64,000 nt of DNA, from the NCBI GenBank assembly GCA_965153285.1, contig OZ229111.1. The stretch is one strand, 5' to 3'. The notes under the pieces are model-generated. The model was not told the DNA's origin and ran no database searches. It was given only the letters and a program-made list of their open reading frames with translations. Origin of the DNA: Podarcis tiliguerta. Taxonomy: Eukaryota. Of the stretch, positions 1-12,267 are shown in pieces. Positions within the stretch are counted from its first letter, which is position 1. Each line of letters begins with the position of its first letter. The position numbers and the translations under genes were made by a program.

Positions 1-1658
1 TAGTGAACTTCCAGGGAAGTATTGCCCATTTGGTTTAGGAGACATTCTATACATTAATATGGCAGACACATGAAATCCATCCAAATGGAAATGACTTGCT
101 GTTCAATGGACAAATTGAAGCTGCATGTCTTTCTAGTGCCTCACTCTGTTATTCTGAAATGGATAAATAAAGCAACTGGTTAGAGAACTTAAATAAGGAA
201 TAAGAAATGAGGGAATGGTTAATGGCTTCAGAACAAGTTAGGATATTAAGCCAGCTTGGAAACCATAGCTTCATATCCTGGCTTGTTTCAAAGGAATCTA
301 CCATAGTTCCATAGCCAGTACATGATAAGAAGCTGTAGTTAATGAAGGACTTCCTGATTTGTTCACCCAATCTCATTAAGAGGCTGTATGCAAGGCCAAA
401 TGTCTTGTTTGCATCTTGGCTTCTTAAACTGAAGTGCAATCATCTGAACATGGCCAATTTATTGGCCATCTGAACATGGCCAAGGATCAGGGCTAATGAG
501 TTCAGCTCTGCCTTTTATTCTGAGTGCAAGGATACCAAGATAGGGGCTACTAAAAATCTATCTGCCTTTCATGGATTCCATGTAGAATATGGATTCTGAT
601 GATTATTAAAACGACAGCATTAAATAGGAAATAATGTCTTTTTAATTAGTCACACACTGTTAATTTTTATTGTGCATCTTTTACTGCTACCTTTTACCTT
701 GGGGGACAATGTAATTCTGTTTTGCTTCTCCCATGCGAATTAATTTGAAAGGCATTCTCTTAAAACTGATTAGCATTTTAAACATTTCTTTCTTCGTTTT
801 CTATTGTTTTAGCCAAAAATATATAAAGAGAGAAAAGAATGGGAGAGGCTTTTTGAAAAACGTAAAAACAAGGAACAAGAGAACAAATGAAGCAAATAGT
901 AATTCTCCACATTTAAAATTATAATTAGATGATAATCACGTTCTTCTAATTAAAACAACTTTTCTAAATTATAGAAGTGTGTGACTATATAATAAACTTC
1001 TGCAAAGTTTGTATGTGTAGCTGGGACACCCCTTTATGTTTAAATCAATGGTAGTTGTTCGAAGGATAAAAGAAAATAAATATAGGCTGCCGTTGTGATG
1101 CTCAGTACAGAAATATTCTTCTGAAAGTCCTGTCAAGCTGACAGAGCCACAAAAAGTAAAAATAGCATGGTACAAACTGCAAATTAAACTAGATAGTGAA
1201 AATAGGCATGTTGATTGGTCCTTCTTGAGATGTTCGCCTGTATTTTCCAGTGGAATGGTCAGAACCTATCAGCTCATTTCTCCGTGCTTAGGAATGAGAG
1301 AAAAAAATTTCAGACATTACAAGCTCTATGTACAGCTGCCTCCTCAGGGAGTATCTAGTTTGAGTGGATTGCATGTTCTGTAAGCGTAGCTTTGGCTACT
1401 TTTTAGACCCAATTCTTTTGTTTGTGGATCTTATTCACCCCCATCCTATGCTCCCTCTCCATTCCCCTTCTCACTTCACACCAGTAAATTAGGAATTTGC
1501 AAAGCTTGTGAGAGCTGCAGAGGCCGGATCACATAGTGATCTTTCCATGTGATCTTCTTTTTACATTTTTATTAATTAGATTTATATACCGCTCTTCATC
1601 ATAAGATCTGAGGGTGGTTCACAAAATAAAATACAGGATAAAAACAAGTAAATAATTA

Positions 1659-1900
1659 CAGTAGTACCTCGGGTTACATATGCTTCAGGTTACATACGCC
1701 TCAGGTTACAGACTCCACTAACCCAGAAATAGTACCTCGGGTTAAGAACTTTGCTTCAGGATGAGAACAGAAATCGTGCAGCAGCAGCGCAGTGGCAGCG
1801 GGAGGCCCCATTAGCTAAAGTGGTGCTTCAGGTTAAGAACAGTTTCAGGTTAAGAACAGACCTCCAGAACGAATTAAGTACTTAACCCGAGGTACCACTG
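1659..1900. mobile_element. Tc1/mariner (Tigger-like) MITE, family A
   Basis: TIR cagtagtacctcgggtta / taacccgaggtaccactg with TA on both sides; same family at 27702 and 54487. Confidence 0.88.
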
Positions 1901-1902
1901 TA

Positions 1903-2134
1903 CAGTCAAACCTTGGATGTTGAACATAATCCATTCTGGAAGCATTTTTGGCTTCCGAAATATTCGACAACCACTCCTGATTGGTTGTAAGAGCTTCCTG
2001 AACTCAAGCGGAAGCCACGTCGGACGTTCGGCTTCCCAAAAAATGCGAAAACCGGTGCATTTACTTCTGGGTTTTTGGCGTTTGGGAGCCAAAACATTCC
2101 AAAATGGAGGCATTCGGGAGCTGAGGTTTGACTG
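1903..2134. mobile_element. Second Tc1/mariner MITE abutting the first
   Basis: TIR cagtcaaacct / aggtttgactg; TA at 1901-1902 (shared with the previous MITE) and at 2135-2136. Confidence 0.82.
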
Positions 2135-2511
2135 TAAAGCAAAACAGCAAAACAATTATCCCCTCTTCACACAAACATATTTAAAAGGCCATAGAATATT
2201 AATCAGCCAAAGGCCTGGTTGAAGAGGAATGTTTTTACCTGGCACCTAAAATATATGATGAAGGTGCCCGGAGAACTTCCCTGGGGAGAGCATTCCACAA
2301 ACAGGGAGCTGCTGCAGAGAAGGGCCGTTTTTGTGTTGCCACCCTCTGGACCTCACGTGGAGGAGTTATATACAAAAAAGGGCCTCAGATAATTTATATG
2401 GTTTATATTGTGTTTCCTGGAGTAGTGGGAGATGAAGCCAGAGGGCTAGGAAACTTTTGCCTTTGTAACATGCAAACTGGTCCACACCACAGCCTCAGAC
2501 CCCCCTAGATT

Positions 2512-2581
2512 TTCTGCTTGGCAGGGGGTTGGACTCGATGACCCTTGTGGTCTCTTCCAACTCTATGATTCTATGATTCTA
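2512..2581 (+). mobile_element. CR1 LINE extreme 3' end
   Basis: ggttggactcgatgacc...tcttccaactc followed by the octamer tail (tatgattc)n. Confidence 0.8.
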
Positions 2582-2681
2582 GATTGTCAGGAACACAATC
2601 AATACTCTGTAGAGATCAAGTATCCTTAAAAAAACACAAGAAAGCAGGCTCTGAGCATGTTTGTGTTTGTCTTTCCCTCAG

Positions 2682-3095
2682 AATGCCTTGAAAGTCAACA
2701 AACCTGAAGTGGGTGCCAATGTGAATGTCGAAGAGGTCAGCCCTGTGGAGAAAGAAGAAATCCCATCACCTGCACCACGGACGCCACCACCGCCTCCGCC
2801 ACCGCCATCGCCACCGTCGCCACCACCACCAGTTGAAAAAGTCCCTAAGAAAAAGGCCCAAAAAGCAACAAAAACACCCAAGCCACCCAAACTAGCCAAA
2901 CCACCCAAACCGCCCAAACCCCCTAAGCCACCCAAGCCGCCCAAACCCCCCAAGGTGCCAAAAGTAAAAGGGGAAGGGAAGAAAAAAGGCAAGAAAGCAA
3001 AGGAAGTGCCGCTCCCTGCAATTCCGAACTTGGACCTTCTGGAAGCCCACACAAAAGAGGCCCTGACAAAGATTGAAACACCAAAGAAGGGAAAG
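2682..3095 (+). CDS. PHF2: PHF2 coding exon (NALKVNKPEV...Pro/Lys-rich...ETPKKGK), phase 0/0
   Basis: Acceptor tttccctcag|AAT; donor AAG|gtgagt; lies within ORF 2661..3137; KPP repeat and PNLDLLEAHTKEALTK motif. Confidence 0.95.
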
Positions 3096-4050
3096 GTGAG
3101 TAGGGTTGTTCCAGCTGTTGAAAAGGGGGTGGCTTAAGGAAGTGTATTGCATTATATGAAGGGAGGTCACAAGTGGTACACATGCAGGGAGCAACAGCAG
3201 CAGTGTTGCCCTTGAGGTATTGTGGGTCCCTAACAACCACCTCTGTTGTCCATGTGTTGAGCATGGAAGTCTGAGCCAAGGAAGCTTGTGCATGTAGTCT
3301 TCTGTGGGAGTTGGGACTCTGACTCTGCAAGTTTCCAGCTCCTATAGAGGCCTACGTCATGGACTTGCCTGGTTCATCCAAGTTGCAAGAAGGGAGCTTG
3401 AATCATACTCTGATGTTCCAGACTTTGTTGATGATTTGGTTGGTGTTTTTGTTTTTACTTTACACAAAGGATGGTGGTATGAAAGGCTCTTCCAAGGTTT
3501 TAACTCCTTAGCTAAGGGAGCTGGTAATTTTGAGTGTCTGAATATTGGTGAAAAACTGATGCTGTTCGTTGTGAAATCTTCCAAACGTTCCATATGAGTT
3601 CTACAGCATTATGTTGCTGTTGTCAATGACAATATTATCATCCTCATTATTATTATTAGTGTTGTGTAAGTTAGTTCATAACCTGACAAATGCTTAAAAC
3701 AAGGGAAGACAGCATTCACACCTGACAGGGAGCTGCCTTTATACAGAATGTGGTTTAAGAAACCTATAATAAGCAGGCAGATCAGCACATTGTTTTTATG
3801 ACATTGTTCTTCACATTATATTCATAATAGAGGGAAATGATTTTCTGTTTCCTCTAGGCTTGGCATTTGATGCTTCAGCTGTCTTGTCAAAATAAATTAA
3901 TTCCAGGCAGATCTTAAGTGTTAGTTCTCTAAAAATTCACACTGGCCAAATTGGCGTGTGGTTATTAACAAGAAACAACATGTTTTGATATCTTTGTATT
4001 GGGATCATCTCCTGATTTGTTTGTTGGTTCTGTTTGCTTATTTGTGTCAG

Positions 4051-4170
4051 GCTGCCAAGAATACTTTGAGTACCCCTGAGAAAGAACCCGCCGAGAAGCA
4101 AAATGAGGTCGAAAAGTTTGAAATCCGAGAACAAAATAAGACCAAAACGGAAGCAAAATGGAAATATAAG
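4051..4170 (+). CDS. PHF2: PHF2 coding exon (AAKNTLS...EAKWKYK), phase 0/0
   Basis: tttgtgtcag|GCT ... AAG|gtatga; [17 protein letters not shown] matches PHF2. Confidence 0.95.
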
Positions 4171-5722
4171 GTATGAGTTTCCTTACCTTGTGCTTCTACA
4201 AATGTTTCGATGTAATCTTGGGAAGTAAGAGATAGGGTTGTGCTGAAAGTTTGCACATTAATGCTTTTGGCACAAAGCAGAAATAGTCTATGAAAATGTT
4301 CCTTGCTCTCTTTTTTTGTTGAAGGTTTATGTAAAGGGGCAGGTTCTTCCACATCTTTTTATTTAAAAAGCAAATTAAGTAGGGTATTTTTTTTGTTGAA
4401 AATGATGCTCGCCAATCAGGAATGATGCCGTCAGGTCAGATTTAGATATGTGATCATAGGCCCCTCCATATGTCCTTTTTACAGGGCATTCATTGTTATT
4501 TTTGATGGTATCAGAGTGGTTATACATGATCCCACTTTCAATATTGCTTGTGTCTGCAACAGTTTCAGGATGGACCTCCAGCTTCATTTCCAATTAGTGC
4601 ATGTCCCATAACTTTCTGCTGAAACCCTGTAACTTTTTATACCACAAATATTCTGAGTTGTGGTGCTTTGGTTTGCTTTGTGAGTGTGCGCACCACTTTT
4701 CTTGTGCTACAGTGCATGAATGTCCCTTCTGACAGCAATAGTGTGATAGCATTGAGGAAACACCACAGAACTAATAAAACAGAATAGATATGTCAGCAAA
4801 AACAAACAAAAACCCACCAGTCTGGGGGGCCAGTTAGAGAGTGAGGTCAAGTCTTCCTCTACCTCAGTTCCTCCATTTCCCTCACTGTTTGGAGCTTGTA
4901 AATCTCTGAAGAATTGCTTGCAGCAGGCAAATGTATTTTTTTTTTGGGGGGGGGAATCTTTCAATTTAAGCTTAGCCATATAATAACTGAATGGTCCAAG
5001 AGAGGATATCACAATGTACTTTTAGTAGAGATACCCTGGTACAGTTAGGATACAGTGAACTTAAATGCACGTAATTCCATTTCAGACTGTGCCTGATCAG
5101 TGATGTAGAAGTTTCAGGTGTAGCAATGTAGAAAATGATTTTTTTTTTACCAATGTAGCTTCAGTGGCACTGAATGTGATGTTAGCATGGTAACTCAGTT
5201 CACTGTGGAAGGCCTAAGGTCTAATTGTCAACCCATTAGCCCTGTGCCCTCAGGCTTTCGCTGGAATAAAAATATAAGGCAAATGTTACTTTCTTGCCAC
5301 CCCCTGAAATACCTTCTTACATAGTCCTGTAGCCTAGCACTAACCTCAGCGTTTAACTCTGCATTGGACTGCCACTAAACCAGTTTCTAGGGCTCAAGAG
5401 AACTGCTGTTCTTCCTTTCCAAAAATTCATGGTGAGTTTGCAGGAGCTAAGATTGGTGGCTGCAGCAGCACCTTCACTGCTGTGTCACCGCTCTGTTTTG
5501 CTATTTGCATTAGGCACAACATTTCTTCCAGATGATCCTGCAAACATGTTTTCACATTGTAGCAGATTATACGATTGGGAGGGGTCTTGTGACATTGACC
5601 TGTGGGTGCATGTTATGCTCGTATAGGTTTTTCTGGGTCTGCTCAAAGCACATTATAAGCCCCCAAAATAGAATAAAGCAAACCTCTCACGGTTAAAATA
5701 AGACTGTTCCTGTCCTTTTCAG

Positions 5723-5841
5723 AATAGCAAACCTGATTCATTACTGAAAATGGAAGAAGAGCACAAACTGGAGAAGACACCGTTATCAGGAAACAAGGAC
5801 AATAAATTCATGTTTTCTTTCTCCAACAAGAAACTGCTGGG
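5723..5841 (+). CDS. PHF2: PHF2 coding exon ([13 protein letters not shown]...FSNKKLLG), phase 0/2
   Basis: tccttttcag|AAT ... CTG GG|gtaggt; translated by hand (absent from the ORF track). Confidence 0.95.
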
Positions 5842-8596
5842 GTAGGTGCTATTTTGGCAATGAAAACTGACTAATAAAACAGATACGGGCCATAAGAAAT
5901 CTTCCAAGCACTCCAACCTCATCTAAAGATTTTTACTTGCAATATGTGCTATTGTCATTTGGACTTATGCTCAAGCACACGTGCCAGAAGGGGGAAGCCA
6001 TGTGTACTTCCTGAAGCATAGCTGAAGAAAAACAAAAAATTAGAAGGCGGCGAAATGTTTTATTTGCTCTTCTTAGTCCAGAGACAAAACCCTGGCATGG
6101 ATACAGATACAAGACTTGAGCACAGAATGGCTGCCACAATTAATACCACAAGTCTGCTTTTCACAAACCTCTTTACACAATTGCTTGATGGTGCAAGAAA
6201 AGCACCCCCAGGAAATGTTTAGTAATTCTCCCATTCCATTGGGGAAGTGTCCTCATTGTTGTTGAATTCACATGACTTTATAGTGTGTGGTGACCCTAGG
6301 GAAAGGTTTTGAGAAGCCTGTGGTTGGTGATCCCCAATCTGTGGCAGGCTATATGTGTCACAACATGCAGAATTTGGCTATCAGAACATGCCGGGAAATG
6401 CCAGACAAGCAAACACTGAAGTCAAAATCCTGGGCATAGTGGTGAGTGCACATGGCTGGCCAGCCACAAACTAGAGGGCCATTGTACATAGACTTCCCAA
6501 GGCCAGTAGTAGAATGGCAATGCTAATCTTATCTCCGCTACAGATCAGGATGGAGAGGGGGATAGGTGAAATGGTGGCAAGGTTGGCATGGTCACATGCA
6601 CTGGATTGACTCTGCTGGTGCATTTGCACTGCACTGACCTTGCTGCCACTTTGCCCCTGCCCCTCTCCATCGTGGTATTCAGCAGCAACATGGGTGGGCA
6701 GAGGTCAGGTGAGAATATAGGGCAGCCTGCTTCATCAGGCCAGTGGCCTAGCTCGTCCAGCATCCTGTTTTCACAGTGGCCAACCTGGTGCCTCTGTTCT
6801 CTTGCGGTTTCTAGCAACTGGTATTCAGAAGCATACTGCCCTCGACCGTGGAGGCAGGACATAGCCATCAGTGTTAGTAGCCACTGATAGCCTGCCATCT
6901 GCTACTGCCAAAGGCCATCCATGCCCAGGTGTTATTGTGGACGGGCCCTTATTTCTTGATAACCTAGTCCAGAGGTGGCTAACCCATGGATTTCTAGATG
7001 GTGTTGGATTGCAAACCTCATGCTTCCTGAACCGATGGGCATTGGATTTCAGCAACAACTGAGGGCCGCAGGCCACCCACTCCTAATTTAGTTCCCTACC
7101 TCTATCTTCCAATTGTCTTCACATAATTGTTACCTCTCTTCTGAATGTTCCATCTTTCCACTCCTTCTTCTAGCAATCACCTGCACCTCTGTAGGGAAGC
7201 CAGACTTATGTGTTAATCAATCTAACATTAATACAATAAGGAATGTGGGAGCATCCTGGATGCCTGCATTGCCTTGGTATCATCTTTGAGCATAAACCTG
7301 TAGTCCTTATTTAAGCACCCTTCTGGAGTCATAAGTAGAGCAGATTCTAGGAAACCTTAACCCTCTGCAACTGCTTTCATCAAAATTATAGGTATTATGA
7401 ATAACAGTTCAATTTAGGCTCCACAAAGGCTATTATGTCATGTTGTGCCCTGACAACGAAGATGAACGAGTAATTTTTTTCCTACCTTTGATCTGAACAC
7501 TTTGAATCAACTCAGGCATTGCCTCTCATCAGGCATCACTTCTCTTTTTAAGAAGGAAGCAGTTTTCCATGCTTTTAACTACTGTTCAGTTGGCAGGGTC
7601 TGAATTGACCTTGGCTGACAAGTTGACAATAGAGGGACTTGTTTGATAATGGCATCTCTCTTTTACATGTATAGGACTCTTTTTTGCACAGATTTCTGCT
7701 TTTATTGCTCACAGTAATTGTATAGTCCATTTATTTAAAGCAAAGTATGCATGCCTACTTAAATCAGAGCTTTTATGCATGAGTGTATATAGTCAATCAG
7801 ATTTCTGTTATGAACATAGAATATCTAAAGGCTTTTTCAGGCTTTTAAAGTCAATAGAAATATGTCAGTTTCCAGCAACTGAACAGCTAGGCTTATGATT
7901 TTGTAGAAATATCAGTCTATATTAGGAGTCATTATCACATATTAAATGTCCACGGTTCAGTACTTCTTTTATCACTTGGTTTTCCTGTGGCTGCTCAGTG
8001 TGATGAAGATGGGTATCTCTTCTGAGGACACAAGTTACCAGCATGTTCCACTGAGCAGGCTTTCTCAAAGTGCATTGGGCAGCTCACCGACATTTCAAGG
8101 TGGCTTATTCAGTTGTCCTTAATGGATGAATTGTTTCCTAAGCCTTTGTGTAGAATAACCCCAGTTATACTGCTAATAAATGAGGAAAAAATGATCACAT
8201 ATTATTTCTTTGATGGCATGAACTGACATTGAAAAATACATTGCCTGGCTTACGTGTGTACGCATACATGATTCCAACACATTGACTATGCATGCACTAG
8301 GAGCATAATATTTCAGAATTTTTATTTACTGAACCAGATTGAATGGAGGGTCTCTGTATGCATCAATAAATTTATATCTAGTGCAAATGAAAAAGGTGGT
8401 GATTGCTGATAATGTTAAGAATCTGAATATTTGTGACAGGCAAGCAAGTGAATGTAGGACCCCCACTGCTCCCAAACGCAAAAAAAGAAAAAGTCCAGGG
8501 ATGTCAGCTGTTAACTGTTGTCAATCTGAAGTTTTAGACTTTGGAATATATGTGTTGATGAATGCTGAAATTCATATGTGAATGTGACAGCCCCAT

Positions 8597-8665
8597 TAAA
8601 AGAACAGTTTCAAGTTAAGAACGGACCCCTGGAACAAATTAAGTTCGTAACCAGAGGTACCACTG
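8597..8665. mobile_element. Truncated Tc1/mariner MITE (one end only)
   Basis: Matches the end of the 1659..1900 element (...gaggtaccactg-ta). Confidence 0.65.
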
Positions 8666-8756
8666 TAATTAGAAGCTAAGTGAGGGGAAAATTAGGGTGC
8701 TGTACACAACTAGCATCACATTTTGCTAGGCCTGTTTTGTGAGGTATGTTCTATGA

Positions 8757-8892
8757 CAGGCATCCCCAACCTACGGCCTTCCAGATATTTTGGCCTACAG
8801 CTCCCATGATCCCTAGCTAACAGGACCAGGGGTCAGGGATGATGGGAATTGTAGTCCAAAACATCTGGAGGGCTGAAGGTTGGGGGTGCCTG
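8757..8892. mobile_element. Palindromic hAT MITE
   Basis: TIR caggcatccccaacct / aggttgggggtgcctg; perfect 8-bp TSD ttctatga (8749-8756, 8893-8900). Confidence 0.9.
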
Positions 8893-8946
8893 TTCTATGA
8901 GGTCTGATCATTGGAGATTTGTGGTATGTGTTGACCTGTTCATATA

Positions 8947-9010
8947 TTATTCTTATTCTTATTCTTATTCTTATTCTTAGTCTTAGTCTTAGTCTTAGTC
9001 TTAGTCTTAT
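8947..9010. repeat. Compound hexanucleotide microsatellite (TTCTTA)n(GTCTTA)n
   Basis: Read directly; produces the RLRL/RIRI artefact in ORF 8813..9025. Confidence 0.95.
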
Positions 9011-9158
9011 TATACTAAATGGCATTAGTTATGAACTTCCCTGATTATATGTGCTTGACATTTCCTACACACAGAAAAAGTGATATTTTGATGGTATTTT
9101 CGATACATAACATGTCACAATGTTATCCTTTCCAATTTCATCTCTCTTGTCAAACTAG

Positions 9159-9337
9159 CTCAAAGGGAGTGAAAACTCAGATGAATCCTGGTATATTTGG
9201 ATCATTGCAAAATTTCAAAGAAGATAAAGCAAAACCCGTGAAAGATGAATACGAGTATGTTTCAGATGATGGAGAGTTAAAAATCGATGAATTTCCAATT
9301 AGAAGAAAGAAAAACACCACCAAACGAGATTTGCCCT
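9159..9337 (+). CDS. PHF2: PHF2 coding exon (SKGVKTQ...[31 protein letters not shown]), phase 2/1
   Basis: caaactag|C TCA ... CCC T|gtaagt; lies within ORF 9019..9375. Confidence 0.95.
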
Positions 9338-9514
9338 GTAAGTTTGCTGCTTCTTTTGTGCAAGCGCTTGCCTAAGCATATGAATGCTCCACCCCACTGT
9401 AGCAAGAGGAGCATGTTGGTCAGAGCCTTGGGGAGGAAAGGGTATAGCATTGGCTCCCCATTCAGAGCGAGGATTGGTTTTATCTGAGGACAAAGGAGCC
9501 GCCTCCTCCACCAA

Positions 9515-10115
9515 TGTCACAGAGCGTGTTGGTCAGTAAATCACACCATTCAAAGCTGAAGTTAACTCTTCATTAGCAAAGACATGAACTCCACAGACTT
9601 GGCTGAGTGTCAGGCCTCATGAGCACAGCAACTCGTTCCCTCTGGATCCTACTCTATGAAACCAGTTGCTGAGACTAAATAGCCTCACCTCCGCACAGCT
9701 GTCCATGCCTCCTCCTCTCCAGGGTTTTCCCCAAGCAATTGGAGGCTCTGTCTCTGTGCAGCCAATCTCTCTTCTGCCCTTTTCATGCCTCTCTTGGTTC
9801 TGAGAGAAGCTGGGCAGGGGCAGCTGGTCATAGGAGTGGGGCGAGACACCTGTGACTCTTCACCAGCCCGACTCATCTCTGCCTCTTGGCCTCCCTCCTC
9901 GCCTGCTTCAGCTTCTGTCTCTGATTCTACCACAAACTGTCCCAGCTCACTAAGCCCTGTTGCCTCTTCAGCTTCAGGTGCCTCCTCTTCCAAACCTTCT
10001 CCCTCTGACCACTCACTGTTGTCCCACCGCCTTTCCCGGGCTCTGAACCTTCTTCCTTTGGGGGTTCCCAGCAGCTTCCTCCCACCATTCCTTTGTGTCC
10101 CACCAGTCCATGACA
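9515..10115 (-). mobile_element. Solo LTR (probably Gypsy-type) in a PHF2 intron
   Basis: Termini TGTCA...TGACA; flanking accaa/accag (5-bp TSD, 1 mismatch); 601 bp; purine-rich minus strand. Orientation is inferred. Confidence 0.72.
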
Positions 10116-10403
10116 ACCAGGTCAGTGGGAGTGTCTTTGCTTGCATAGTCAACAATGCTGTTGTTTTGAAAAATCAATGTGAGGTTCTCTTTAATCCCTG
10201 TCTCTCTTTATATTTTGCGTACTAAAAATGGCATGGATGTGTGGCTTTCTGCCGCACACAGAAATGAATTAAGACGAAGAACATTATTAGCAAAACTATT
10301 TAATTTTTTTAAAAAAAGATCTAATTAAAATCTATCTCTATATATAATACTGTGCTTTTTTTCATTTTGAAAAACTAAATTCTGTCTTTCAATTTCTTCC
10401 TAG

Positions 10404-10477
10404 TTTTATCAGATAAAAAGGAAACTGCACAACACACACCCGTTAAGAAGCCAAAGGTGGAATCAGTATTGTACAAG
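10404..10477 (+). CDS. PHF2: PHF2 coding exon (FLSDKKETAQHTPVKKPKVESVLYK), phase 1/0
   Basis: ttcttcctag|TT TTA ... TAC AAG|gtattc; phase fits both neighbouring exons. Confidence 0.92.
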
Positions 10478-11283
10478 GTATTCTGGTGTTATACTCTTCC
10501 ATAATAGGGACTTATGCAGGCTAAATAACATTGTAGATGTCCATTAATGACTTGATCTTGCATAGTGACAAGAAACAGCCCTTTGCCAAACCAACACCTA
10601 CTATTTGTATAGCAGAACTGAGTGCCTCTCTGTATTTATTACTTGACTATAGGGGTTCTGAGAAATCACCCTTAACCTTTGTATAGGAAGAATCAGCATT
10701 GTCTCTCTGGTTCATTTAGCATCCATCCTGTATTAGTTTAGCAGTAGAGCACATTCTTTCAAGCAGAGGTGATACATTCAGTCTCCAGGTCTGTATGAAA
10801 ACCTGGATAGCTATTGCCAGTCAGTGTTCGTGTTCCATTTTTAGCCAGAGTATAGTTTGCACTCACTTTGCTCCTCCCTGGTCCTTCTAACCAAGAACAA
10901 ACCTTGGTTACAAAGAACTTAACCATGAGACTGGCTTGGGATGACACGCTAAACCAAACCTTGGTTTAGCTGCCATATCATGCTGAGCTAAATGGACCAG
11001 GGAGAAAGCAGCTGCAGTCTCCTCTCTGGGAGCCCATGCATGCATGCTCAGCCATGGTTTGGCTTAGCATTCTGTGTGGATGCAGCCATAGCGGGCAACC
11101 CTGAGCTAAATATAGCAATAGTCTGACTTCATAGAAGGTGATTTCTTATGCTCCTAGATTATAAATACAATGATATGCTTGCATTAGACCAGAAAATAAA
11201 CATTTAATTTAGGGCTTACTACTGACTAGCATAATCCCTGGCATCCCTTTGAAAAAGAAAATCTGTTTTGGCAACTTCTACAG

Positions 11284-11441
11284 AGTGATGACTCCTCAGA
11301 TGAAGACTCACTTCATATTGACACAGATGCCAAGCCAGGGCGCAATTCTAAAGTGAAGAAAGAGACTGGAAGCTCAGCAGGCATTCTTGACCTATTGCAG
11401 GCAAGCAAGGAAGTTGGGGGTTTAGAGTACAACACCAACAG
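11284..11441 (+). CDS. PHF2: PHF2 coding exon ([15 protein letters not shown]...[20 protein letters not shown]), phase 0/2
   Basis: cttctacag|AGT ... AAC AG|gtaggc. Confidence 0.95.
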
Positions 11442-12267
11442 GTAGGCGTAAGCGAGTGTGGATACCTATTTTTAAATAATGCAATGTTAATATTTCATAT
11501 ATATGGATGCACATTGGCCAGAATTTTCTATTACAATGAACCTTTTCTATTTCACTGCGTTCTCCACCCCCACCCCCCGGTCTCAAACCCCAGAGGCAGG
11601 CAGCTGCAGAATGCGTTTGTAGCACAATTATAAAATTTGAAGATTTCCTATTAAAAATGCTGAAAATCCACCTAAGCGATAACAATAAAGAAGGTTGTTC
11701 ATTTTAAAAGAACTGGCTCAATTAAGAGGGAAATGAGAACAGTTTAATTTATGCAACAAAATGTCTTTTATTCCTCTGCTCATTTCCCTAATTGTTGGTT
11801 CTTTGGAAGGAGATACTAGAGAAAACCGCCTTTAGAAGCCAAGGAAGAAAACAACAAATGGTTTTGAAAACTAATTTCTCTAAAGGGCAGCAAAAATGGG
11901 CCTCCTATGGGATTTACTAGGGGTCTTGCTCATGTGCCACTAGCTCTATCTTGCTGTAAGCATTTGAAATAACACCCACCGTAAGTGTAAAAATCAAAGT
12001 TTGGTGTTAATAAAAAACTTTTCAGAATAGTTTTCTAAAAATAAATTTTAAAAATAGGTATGAAACCAGAAAGCAGTGGTTATACATGAACCATGAAAGC
12101 ATGAGAGAAGGTTATAGAAATAGACCCATAACATTTGTACTCAAGCTGTACTCAGTCTCATTTATTTATTTCCCTAGGACTGTTCACGGTTCCAAATCTG
12201 AGCTTGTTACAGGAGCCATTTCTGCATACAGCCATTGCCGCTGTTGTAACAAATTAAAACCACAGGG

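Larger units (their letters stand above)
1570..2390 (-). mobile_element. L2-clade LINE 3' fragment interrupted by two MITEs
   Basis: Reverse strand resembles the L2 ORF2 C-terminal (F-S-x-x-A-P-x-L-W-N-x-L-P type) region plus 3' tail; near mirror image of 54290..54810. Confidence 0.7.

Noticed and set aside
1-2681. Additional PHF2 exon upstream of 2682
   Set aside because: I could not find the expected preceding peptide with splice sites; the window appears to start within an intron.
2678-3052. Gly-rich minus-strand ORF (GGLGGL...)
   Set aside because: Antisense shadow of the Pro/Lys-rich PHF2 exon.
8813-9025. ORF with RLRLRL/RIRIRI
   Set aside because: Translation of the hexanucleotide microsatellite and hAT MITE.
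9685-10225. Two overlapping ~150-aa ORFs (Glu-rich and Ser-rich)
   Set aside because: Both lie in the solo LTR; compositional bias explains the lack of stops.
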